From the NCBI GenBank assembly GCA_005884765.1, contig VAZV01000129.1, positions 17,687 to 81,686 of the forward strand: 64,000 nt of DNA, written 5' to 3'. How positions within the stretch are numbered: the first letter of the stretch is position 1; every line of letters begins with the position of its first letter. Shown here in pieces: positions 37,276-45,482 of the stretch. Source of the DNA: Alphaproteobacteria bacterium. Lineage in GTDB: Bacteria > Pseudomonadota > Alphaproteobacteria > Rhizobiales > Xanthobacteraceae. The position numbers and the translations under genes were made by a program. The notes under the pieces were generated by a model. That model saw nothing but the letters and a program-made list of their open reading frames with translations. It did no database searches and was not told the DNA's origin.

Positions 37276-37320
37276 GCGAAACGTCCGCTCATGTGAAAAG
37301 TCCGTTCATGTCCAAGTCCT
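37268..37320 (-). repeat. Three tandem 17-bp copies of the amiF start region (ATGAGCGGAC-like)
   Basis: The minus strand reads ATGAACGGACTTTTCAC ATGAGCGGACGTTTCGC ATGAGCGGACTTGG. ATG codons lie at 37309, 37292 and 37275. Confidence 0.9.
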
Positions 37321-37495
37321 TGAAGCGATCCCTGGCATCGCAGGCCGACATAGCCCGACGAGCCGAGCAAATCCGATTTTGCCGGCCAGCAAAAGATTAT
37401 TTTTCAGGCGGTCCTCGCTCGGGCCAAGAGCACTAGAAACGGGATTCGCCGGAATGTGCGCGGCAGACGATGTGACGATTGGCGCCGGAAATGCC

Positions 37496-37711
37496 TCAGG
37501 CGGCGAGGTCCAGCAATCTTGAAGAGCCTCGTACCAGGACCTTGCGTCCCATGGATGTCATGACCGGGCGCCCATCATCGAGCGCGGCAAGTTCAAGCGC
37601 GACTAGTTGCTCGAACGCAAAGCGACTGGAAGAAAGACGCGCGGGCGTACGAAGCGCCTTCAGCGCCTCCCATTGATCGGGCGTCAGATCGTAGTCGGAT
37701 TCCACGCTCAT
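37496..37711 (-). CDS. Hypothetical protein (71 aa)
   Basis: Start trimmed to MSVESDYDLTPDQWEALKAL. Codon usage is gene-like, and I recognised no domain. Confidence 0.5.
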   Translation of the reverse strand: MSVESDYDLTPDQWEALKALRTPARLSSSRFAFEQLVALELAALDDGRPVMTSMGRKVLVRGSSRLLDLAA

Positions 37712-37904
37712 GCTCCTCGAATATGGTTCGCGAGGTCTCTTACAAATGCCGCGTGAAAACGGTGCGACCATAATGAGTCAGGATTTCGATCCGGCGAGAG
37801 TGCCTGTGGAAATCGTTGTAAGTTGCGAGCAATCGGCGTCGGGTAACGTGACGGTCACATCATTGTGTCGGTTGGAACGATTGCAGGAATATCGTCGCGG
37901 CGGT

Positions 37905-38228
37905 TCAGACGGGCGAATTCAGTTTCAGCCCGATCATCCCGGCGATAATCAAAGTCAGGCAGAGGATGCGTATGGGATCGGCTGGTTCGCTGTATAGAAT
38001 GATTCCAACGATGATAGAGCCTGCGGCTCCGATGCCCGTCCACACCGCATACGCGGTGCCGAATGGCAGCGAGCGCAACGCAAGCGCCATCAATCCGAAG
38101 CTGAGCGCGATCGCAACCAGCGTTGCAACACTCGGCCAAAGGCGGGTGAGTCCATCAGAATATTTCAGCCCGAGCGCCCAGGCGATCTCGAGCAGGCCGG
38201 CGCCAAGAAGTGCGATCCATGCGCTCAC
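37905..38228 (-). CDS. sugE: SMR-family quaternary ammonium/guanidinium exporter SugE
   Basis: GTG start gives a 107-aa product [24 protein letters not shown]...[13 protein letters not shown] with four TM segments, typical of SugE. Confidence 0.85.
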   Translation of the reverse strand: MSAWIALLGAGLLEIAWALGLKYSDGLTRLWPSVATLVAIALSFGLMALALRSLPFGTAYAVWTGIGAAGSIIVGIILYSEPADPIRILCLTLIIAGMIGLKLNSPV

Positions 38229-38500
38229 GGTAGTCTCGGTCCCGGCATCCGTTCGCCGCCCCTCAAAGCTCTGGCCGACCCTCCTTGCGTGGTTCGCGCG
38301 ACAGAGATGTGACAGGCGAACCGTCGATCTCGCGCGGCTATCGCCCGGCTGTCGTAAATGTGTTGCGCTGCGAGATGATTCCTGCGGGCAGACGGCGCCG
38401 CAGTGAAAATCGCTGCGGTCAACAGGCGGTGATGAGGTCTTGGCGCAGGACACGCCGCGCTGGTTTCATGTTAGTAGGAAGCCAAAAGCTGTCGGGACGG

Positions 38501-39862
38501 ATGAAAAGGTCAGCAATCATCGGGGGCATTTTGGCCGCGCTGTGCGTCGGCGGCGCGGCGGCGGCGTTTGCCCTCGCGTGGCGGCCCACGATTGCCGCGA
38601 TCGATCCACCCACGCCACTATCCTTCGATGCCGGTCTGGTCAAACGCGGTCGCGAGTTGGCGGCGATCGGAAACTGCGGCGATTGCCACACGGTGCGCGG
38701 GGCCAGGAATTTTGCCGGCGGCCTGCCGGTGCCGACACCGTTCGGTACGGTCTATTCCTCCAATATCACGCCGGATCCGGAGACCGGGATCGGTCGATGG
38801 TCCGAAGCTGCATTCCGCCGCGCCATGCGCTCGGGCGTCGGTCGCGACGGCACCCACCTCTATCCGACATTTCCCTATGATCACTTCACCAATGTCAGCG
38901 ATGAGGATGATAGAGCGCTCTACGCCTTCCTGATGACGCGCGAGCCGGTTCGCGCGCCGGCTCGCGAGAACCAGCTTGCCTTTCCGCTCGATTATCGTGT
39001 CCTGATCGCGGGCTGGAAGCTATTGTTTCTGCATCGCGGCAGTTACCGTCCGGACAGCACCAAGAGCGCGGAATGGAATCGCGGCGCCTATCTGGTCGAG
39101 GGGCTCGCGCATTGCGGCGCCTGCCATACGCCGCGCAACGCACTTGGTGCGGAACGCGCCAGCGCGTCATTTGCCGGCGGCGACGTCGACAACTGGCAGG
39201 CCTATCCGATCAACGCGCAATCTTCGTCGCCGGTGCCTTGGGATGCGCAAGCGCTGTTTTCCTATTTGCGCGACGGCTGGCACCCCGATCACGGCACCGC
39301 TCGCGGGCCGATGGCGCAGGTGGTGAGCAATCTTTCCTCTGCCCCCTCGAGCGACGTCCGCGCTATCGCAGTCTATATGGCCGATGTGCTCGGCACGCCG
39401 ACGCCGGATCGCAAGCGGCAGGGCGAGGCGGCCTTGGCGCAGGCGAAATCGGGTGCCGCACCGGCGCCTCAGGCCGATGCGGTCGGGGCGTCGATCTATG
39501 CCGCGGCCTGCGCGAGCTGCCACGAGGGCGGCCGGCCACCGCCTTATGGCGGAATCAACCTTGGTCTCTCAACCGCGATCGCAAGCCCCGATCCGCGCAA
39601 CCTCGCCAACATCGTGCTCTCAGGCGTTCGTCCCTTGGAAGGCGAGCGCAGCCCGATCATGCCGGGCTTCGCGGCCAGCATGAGCGACACGCAGATCGCC
39701 GCGTTGTTGAATTTCCTGAGGACCCGCTTTGGCAACCAGGTGCCGTGGAACGGCGTTGAAAAGACCGTCGAAGACGCGCGCCGCACGCAGACCGTTTTTC
39801 TCCAGACCTCAGCGGGGCCGCGCAATGCGCCGCCCGATGCAAGCCAGCGAGACAAGCCATGA
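38501..39862 (+). CDS. Tri-haem cytochrome c subunit of a membrane-associated dehydrogenase
   Basis: Start trimmed to MKRSAIIGGILAALCVGGAAAAFA (membrane anchor). Three CXXCH motifs: CGDCH, CGACH and CASCH. Confidence 0.88.
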   Translation: MKRSAIIGGILAALCVGGAAAAFALAWRPTIAAIDPPTPLSFDAGLVKRGRELAAIGNCGDCHTVRGARNFAGGLPVPTPFGTVYSSNITPDPETGIGRWSEAAFRRAMRSGVGRDGTHLYPTFPYDHFTNVSDEDDRALYAFLMTREPVRAPARENQLAFPLDYRVLIAGWKLLFLHRGSYRPDSTKSAEWNRGAYLVEGLAHCGACHTPRNALGAERASASFAGGDVDNWQAYPINAQSSSPVPWDAQALFSYLRDGWHPDHGTARGPMAQVVSNLSSAPSSDVRAIAVYMADVLGTPTPDRKRQGEAALAQAKSGAAPAPQADAVGASIYAAACASCHEGGRPPPYGGINLGLSTAIASPDPRNLANIVLSGVRPLEGERSPIMPGFAASMSDTQIAALLNFLRTRFGNQVPWNGVEKTVEDARRTQTVFLQTSAGPRNAPPDASQRDKP

Positions 39863-40356
39863 TGACATTGATGATCAATGGTCTGACACATCAGCTTGAC
39901 GCCGATCCGGATACGCCGCTTCTTTATGTGCTGCGCAACGATCTCAAGCTTAATGCCGCCAAATTCGGTTGTGGGCTCGGCCAGTGCGGCTCCTGCACGG
40001 TGATTGTCGACGGCAAGGCCGTGCTGTCTTGTGTGACGCCGCTGCTCTTGCTCGAGGGCAAGCAGGTGACGACGCTCGAAGGCTTAGGGACGATATCCGA
40101 GCCGGCGCCGATCCAGCGCGCTTTCATGGAAGAACAGGCCGCGCAATGCGGCTATTGCATTGCCGGGATGATGATGCGGGCACAGGCGCTGTTGCAGAAG
40201 AATTCCAAGCCGACCGATGAGGAGATACGCACCGAGCTCGAGCAGAATCTGTGCCGCTGCGGCACCCATATGCGCATCCTGCGCGCCGTGCGCCGCGCCG
40301 CGCGGCTGATGGACACCGCCGAATTATCGCCGGGCAATCAAGGGAGCGTGCCATGA
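39859..40356 (+). CDS. (2Fe-2S)-binding small subunit (IorA/aldehyde-dehydrogenase type)
   Basis: CGLGQCGSCTV and CGYCIAGM..CRCGTH. ATGA overlap with the cytochrome c stop. Confidence 0.9.
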   Translation: MMTLMINGLTHQLDADPDTPLLYVLRNDLKLNAAKFGCGLGQCGSCTVIVDGKAVLSCVTPLLLLEGKQVTTLEGLGTISEPAPIQRAFMEEQAAQCGYCIAGMMMRAQALLQKNSKPTDEEIRTELEQNLCRCGTHMRILRAVRRAARLMDTAELSPGNQGSVP

Positions 40357-42587
40357 ACGCCCCCGTCATACTTGATCGCCGCCGCGTGCTTATGGGCGGT
40401 GGCGCGCTCATCGTCAGCTTCTCGCTCACCGCCGCCTTCGCGCAGGACCAAGCCGCACCAGTTGCAACACCGGCGCCGAAACCCCCGGGTAGCCTTGCGA
40501 CGACGCCCTACCTCGATTCCTGGATAAGGATCGATGCCGACGGCTCGATCACGGTGTTCACCGGCAAGGCCGAACTTGGTCAGGGATTTAAGACTGCCTT
40601 TCAGCAGATCGCGGCTGAAGAGCTTGATGCTCCCTTTGCTTCGCTAAAGGTCGTCACGGCCGATACGCAGCTTACCGCTAACGAAGGCTACACCTCCGGC
40701 AGCCATTCGATGCAGGACAGCGGCACCGCGATCCAGAATGTCGCCGCGCAGGTGCGCGGGCTCTTGATAGCAGAGGCCGCAAAACGTCTCGAACTGCCCG
40801 CGGAGAATCTGCGAACCGAAGATGGTGCGGTGATCTCGCCGAATGGACGGCGGCTGAGCTATGGTGAATTGGTCGCGGCCGACATGCTGCATGTGCAGGC
40901 GCAGGCCAACTCCAGACTAAAGGACCCGTCGACGTTCAAGGTGATGGGCCAGGCGGTGCCGCGAGTCGATATCCCGGCCAAGGTGACCGGAGGTGCCGCC
41001 TATGTTCAGGATATCCGGCTGCCGGGCATGGTGCATGCGCGGATCGTGCGGCCGCCGGGCTATGGCGCGGAACTGATCGATTGCGATACGTCGACGATCG
41101 AAAAAATGCCTGGTGTCGTCAAGGTCCTGCGCGATGGCAATTTCCTCGCCGTGGTCGCGGGCAAGGAATTTCTTGCGGTCAAGGCAATGAATGCGCTCGC
41201 CGCCGCAGCCAAGTGGAAGGAGACGGCACGGCTGCCGAAGCAGGACGATCTGGCTAATGTCCTCACCAAACTGCCATCGCAGGATTCGACGATCTTTGAA
41301 CGCAGCAATCCGGCGGTCGTCGGGCGCAAGACGATCGAAGCCAGCTACACGCGGCCTTATCAATCGCATGGGTCGATCGGGCCGTCCTGCGCGGTCGCGC
41401 AATTCACGGACGGCGCAATGACGGTTTGGACCCACACGCAAGGCGTCTATCCGGACCGTCAGGGCATTGCGCAGATGCTGAAGATGCCGCCGGCGAGTGT
41501 CCACCTGATCCATGTCGAGGGCTCCGGTTGTTATGGCCATAACGGTGCCGACGATGCCGCAGCTGATGCGGCGCTGATCGCGCACGCGATGCCCGGCGTG
41601 CCCGTACGCGTGCAATGGATGCGCGAGCAGGAACATGCCTGGGAGCCGTACGGCCCGGCCATGGTGACGAAGCTGAAGGCGTCGCTCGACGAGAACGGCA
41701 AGATCGCCGACTGGAACTTCGAGGTCTGGAGCAATACCCATTCGATGCGCCCGGGCGGCGCCGGCTGCATGCTGGCGGCCCAGCATATGGCCCAACCCTT
41801 CGCGGTGCCGGCGGCGAAGCCTATTCCATTGCCGGAAGGCGGCGGCGATCGCAATGCGATCCCCATCTACACATTCCCCAACGCCCATGTGGTGCATCAC
41901 TTCATTCCGGAGATGCCGCTTCGGATATCTGCGATGCGCGCGCTCGGCGCCTATCACAATGTGTTTTCGATCGAGAGCTTCATGGACGAGTTGGCCGTTG
42001 CGGCTGGCGCGGATCCGGTCGAGTTCAGGCTTAGACATCTCGATGACCAACGCGGGCGCGAGGTGATTGAAAAGGCCGCTCTCGGCTTCGGCTGGCGGAA
42101 GGGCCAAAAGGCGCCGAGCGATCGCGGCTTTGGTTTTGCCTTTGCGCGCTACAAGAATCTCGCGGCCTATTGCGCCGTTGCCAGCGAGGTCGAGGTGAAC
42201 CGCGAAACCGGGCGCCCGCGCCTGGTGCGGGCGGTCGCGGCGGTCGATAGTGGGCAGGTGGTCAATCCGGATGGGCTGATCAACCAGATCGAGGGCGCGA
42301 TCGTGCAGTCGATGAGCTGGACGCTCTACGAAAGCGTGACCTTCGACGACACCAGGATCACCAGCATCGACTGGCAGACCTATCCGATCCTGCGCTTCGA
42401 TGCGGTCCCCGACAGCATCGATGTGCAAATTATCAACCGGCCGGGACAGCCGTTCCTGGGCAGCGGCGAAACCGGGCAGGGGCCGGCCGCGGCATCGATC
42501 GCCAACGCAATCGCCGATGCCACCGGAAAGAGGTTGCGCAACTTGCCGCTGACCCGCAAGCGCATCAAGGACGCGATCGATGCCTAA
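40353..42587 (+). CDS. Molybdopterin-binding large subunit (IorB/aldehyde oxidase family)
   Basis: Start trimmed to MNAPVILDRRRVLMGGGALIVSF (Tat-like), with an ATGA overlap with the FeS gene. The length and motifs fit the isoquinoline 1-oxidoreductase beta family. Confidence 0.88.
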   Translation: MNAPVILDRRRVLMGGGALIVSFSLTAAFAQDQAAPVATPAPKPPGSLATTPYLDSWIRIDADGSITVFTGKAELGQGFKTAFQQIAAEELDAPFASLKVVTADTQLTANEGYTSGSHSMQDSGTAIQNVAAQVRGLLIAEAAKRLELPAENLRTEDGAVISPNGRRLSYGELVAADMLHVQAQANSRLKDPSTFKVMGQAVPRVDIPAKVTGGAAYVQDIRLPGMVHARIVRPPGYGAELIDCDTSTIEKMPGVVKVLRDGNFLAVVAGKEFLAVKAMNALAAAAKWKETARLPKQDDLANVLTKLPSQDSTIFERSNPAVVGRKTIEASYTRPYQSHGSIGPSCAVAQFTDGAMTVWTHTQGVYPDRQGIAQMLKMPPASVHLIHVEGSGCYGHNGADDAAADAALIAHAMPGVPVRVQWMREQEHAWEPYGPAMVTKLKASLDENGKIADWNFEVWSNTHSMRPGGAGCMLAAQHMAQPFAVPAAKPIPLPEGGGDRNAIPIYTFPNAHVVHHFIPEMPLRISAMRALGAYHNVFSIESFMDELAVAAGADPVEFRLRHLDDQRGREVIEKAALGFGWRKGQKAPSDRGFGFAFARYKNLAAYCAVASEVEVNRETGRPRLVRAVAAVDSGQVVNPDGLINQIEGAIVQSMSWTLYESVTFDDTRITSIDWQTYPILRFDAVPDSIDVQIINRPGQPFLGSGETGQGPAAASIANAIADATGKRLRNLPLTRKRIKDAIDA

Positions 42588-42608
42588 CGGCGGCTACGAT
42601 AAATCGAG

Positions 42609-42803
42609 TCAACGCGCCGATCCTGTGGTGTTCCCTGAAGGCCCATCGGCCGGCGGCGGGGTCGTGTCGACAGCCGTCGACCCTGGCGTTCCGCTGGGTC
42701 CGGGATTGCTCTCGACATGTCGGGTGCTCCACGGTCCCCAGGTGACGATGGCAAACAGGAGAACGAAGGCGGCAACGACGATGGCGAGCGTTCCTCTGTT
42801 CAT
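42609..42803 (-). CDS. Small membrane-anchored Pro/Gly/Thr-rich protein
   Basis: MNRGTLAIVVAAFVLLFAIVTWGPW has a single TM segment, and an AAAGG SD-like sequence lies upstream. Weak call. Confidence 0.35.
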   Translation of the reverse strand: MNRGTLAIVVAAFVLLFAIVTWGPWSTRHVESNPGPSGTPGSTAVDTTPPPADGPSGNTTGSAR

Positions 42804-43064
42804 CGAGCCTTTTTGATCCTGACCATCGCGCATATGATGCTCCCATCAGATATCGAAAAAAACGCAACGGTCCGTATGATGGTTCCCGACGTCTCGTCCC
42901 CAAATCGCTCGTCGGTCGTGGCGAGAACTCATGCGGGGCAGCCATATCGCGCGGGAGGGTGTTCCTTGTCGCTAGTTCGGCACATATTGTAGACATTCCA
43001 GCCGGCGGGTTCTGCTCGCTGCAGCCTTTATGCCCTTTGTCACCTGACCCGAGGAGGTAGTTCC

Positions 43065-44039
43065 ATGACGCACGCCATCCGCTTTCACAGCTCCGGCGGA
43101 CCCGATGTCCTCGTCTGGGAGGAAGTAAGCGTCGGCAAGCCCGGTCCCGGGCAAGCGCGCATCCGCCACACCGCGGTCGGGTTGAACTTCGTCGACATCT
43201 ATAATCGCTCCGGACTTTATCCGGTGCAGTTGCCGAGCGGGCTGGGCGGTGAGGCCGCGGGCGTGGTCGAAGAAGTCGGATCCGGCGTCAGTGATCTGAA
43301 ACCGGGCGATCGCGTTGCATACGGTGCCGCGCCGCTCGGCGCCTATTCCGAGGCGCGATTGATTCCCGCCGATCGCCTGCTCAAGCTGCCCGATAGCATC
43401 GACGACAAGACGGCGGCGGCGATGATGCTGAAAGGCCTGACGGTGCAGTACCTGATCCGCCAGACCTATCGCGTGAAATCCGGCGACACCATCCTGCTGC
43501 ATGCGGCCGCCGGCGGCGTCGGCACGATCCTGAGCCAATGGGCAAAGCATCTCGGCGCTACCGTCATCGGCACCGTCGGCAGCGACGAGAAAGCAAAACT
43601 CGCCAAGGCCCATGGCTGCGCTCACACGATTGTTTATACGCGCGAGGATTTCGTCAAACGCGTTGAAGAGATCACGGAAGGCAAGAAGGTGCCGGTGGTC
43701 TATGATTCCGTCGGCAAGGACACCTTCCTGAAGTCGCTCGACTGCCTGGCGCCGCTCGGAGTCGTGGCGCTGTTCGGCCAGTCTTCCGGCAACGTCGAGC
43801 CGCTCAACCTTGGCCTGCTCGCGCAGAAGGGATCGCTCTACGTCACCCGCCCGACGCTCGTTACTTATGCCGCCAAGCGCGAAAACCTCGTCGCCATGGC
43901 CAAAGAGCTGTTCGAGGTGGTGCAGTCAGGCGCGGTAAAGATCGAGGTCCACCAGACCTATCCGTTAAAGGACGCCGCCAAGGCGCACGCCGATCTTGCC
44001 GCGCGCAAGACCACTGGATCGACGGTTCTGACGGTCTGA
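43065..44039 (+). CDS. qor: NADPH:quinone oxidoreductase (zeta-crystallin/MDR family)
   Basis: 324 aa. VNFVDIYNRSGLYP and the nucleotide motif HAAAGGVG. SD GAGGAGG upstream. Confidence 0.88.
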   Translation: MTHAIRFHSSGGPDVLVWEEVSVGKPGPGQARIRHTAVGLNFVDIYNRSGLYPVQLPSGLGGEAAGVVEEVGSGVSDLKPGDRVAYGAAPLGAYSEARLIPADRLLKLPDSIDDKTAAAMMLKGLTVQYLIRQTYRVKSGDTILLHAAAGGVGTILSQWAKHLGATVIGTVGSDEKAKLAKAHGCAHTIVYTREDFVKRVEEITEGKKVPVVYDSVGKDTFLKSLDCLAPLGVVALFGQSSGNVEPLNLGLLAQKGSLYVTRPTLVTYAAKRENLVAMAKELFEVVQSGAVKIEVHQTYPLKDAAKAHADLAARKTTGSTVLTV

Positions 44040-44093
44040 TGCTCTCCGTCGCAAGCGCGTTGCCGGCTTAAGCGGGCGACGGCTGAACCGTCC

Positions 44094-45413
44094 TTACTCC
44101 GCGCCGGCCGGGGCGCGCTCCAACGCATCGTCGTGGCCGAGCGTCAGTACGGTGCCCATCGCGACGATGCCGAGCCCGGCGAGCAGCAGCAGGCCGCCGG
44201 TATAGCTGCCGGTGTGGTCCCTGATCCAGCCCATCGCAAACGGCCCGGCGAAACCCGCGAGATTGCCGATCGAGTTGATCACGGCGATGCCGGCTGCAGC
44301 CGCGGCGCCGGAGAGGAAGGCCGTGGGCAATGTCCAGAATACCGGCAGGCAGGCGAAGATGCCAAAGCCGGCCACGCAAAGTGCGATCATCTTTAACGAG
44401 GGATCATCGAGCACTGTGGAGACGGCGATGCCGGCCGCGGCGAGGAACAACGGCATAGCGGTATGGAGCCGCCGTTCGGCGACGCGATCCGAACGCCGGC
44501 CCCACCATACCATGCCGACCACGCCGACAACGTAAGGCGTCGCGGAGACCACGGTGGTGAGAAACGTGTTGAGGCCGAACGCCTTGACAATCTGCGGCAA
44601 GAAGAAACTCAGACCGTAATTCGTCGCCACGGCGCCGAAATATACCAGGCTCAGTCCGAGTACCCGCGGGTTCACCAGCGACTCCGCGACGGTGTAGCTG
44701 CGCACCGCCAGACGCTGGCGCTGCTCCAGCGCCAGTCGCTCGGCGAGCCAGCTGCGCTCGTCGGGCGCGAGCCACGTCGCATCGGCCGGACGGTCAGTCA
44801 GATAGAAAAATACCACGCCTGCCAGGAGGATCGCTGGCACCGCCTCGAGGACGAACAGCCATTGCCAACCGGCGAGTCCGAGTCCGCCATGAAGATAGAG
44901 CAGTACGCCGGAGACCGGCCCGCCGATCACGGTCGAGAGCGGGATGGCGGCCATGAAATAGCCGACGATCCGGGCGCGATATTCGGCCGGAAACCACAGC
45001 GTCAAGTAAAAGATGATGCCAGGGAAGAAGCCGGCTTCGGCCGCGCCGAGCAAGACACGGATCAGATAGAAGCTGTTCTCGTTGCCCCAGCCGGTGGCGC
45101 GGGCGATGTCTGGAATAAATGCCATCAGGCCGGAGAGAATTCCCCAACTCAGCATGATGCGGGCGATCCATTTGCGGGCGCCGAAACGCTCCAGCAGCAG
45201 GTTGGACGGCACTTCGAAGATGAAATAGGCGATGAAGAAGATACCGGCGCCGAAGCCGAACGCAGTTTGCGACAGGCCAAGATCCTGGTTCATCGTCAGC
45301 GCGGCAAAGCTGACATTGACCCGGTCGAGGTATGCGACGAAGTAGCAGACGATGAGGAATGGTACGAGGCGCCTGGAGACTTTCGCGAGGGTGCGGATTT
45401 CTACTTCATGCAT
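44094..45413 (-). CDS. MFS transporter (anionic-substrate, tartrate/phthalate-permease-like)
   Basis: Start trimmed to MHEVEIRTLAKVSRRLVPFLIVCYFVAYLDRVNVSFAAL. 12-TM pattern. Confidence 0.85.
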   Translation of the reverse strand: MHEVEIRTLAKVSRRLVPFLIVCYFVAYLDRVNVSFAALTMNQDLGLSQTAFGFGAGIFFIAYFIFEVPSNLLLERFGARKWIARIMLSWGILSGLMAFIPDIARATGWGNENSFYLIRVLLGAAEAGFFPGIIFYLTLWFPAEYRARIVGYFMAAIPLSTVIGGPVSGVLLYLHGGLGLAGWQWLFVLEAVPAILLAGVVFFYLTDRPADATWLAPDERSWLAERLALEQRQRLAVRSYTVAESLVNPRVLGLSLVYFGAVATNYGLSFFLPQIVKAFGLNTFLTTVVSATPYVVGVVGMVWWGRRSDRVAERRLHTAMPLFLAAAGIAVSTVLDDPSLKMIALCVAGFGIFACLPVFWTLPTAFLSGAAAAAGIAVINSIGNLAGFAGPFAMGWIRDHTGSYTGGLLLLAGLGIVAMGTVLTLGHDDALERAPAGAE

Positions 45414-45482
45414 AACACGGCGGCCTGGCAAATTGTTTAAGGCTGGTCGCAAGGCGGCGCGGACACCGCCTTGCGATGAGGT

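Noticed and set aside
40917-42428. 503-aa minus-strand ORF antisense to the Moco large subunit
   Set aside because: Arg/His/Asp-rich artefactual frame. The sense frame is a convincing IorB-family protein.
42565-42996. 143-aa minus-strand ORF downstream of the Moco gene
   Set aside because: Arg/Pro-rich with no start context. A different frame (42609-42803) at least yields a plausible TM-anchored peptide, and it is kept only at low confidence.
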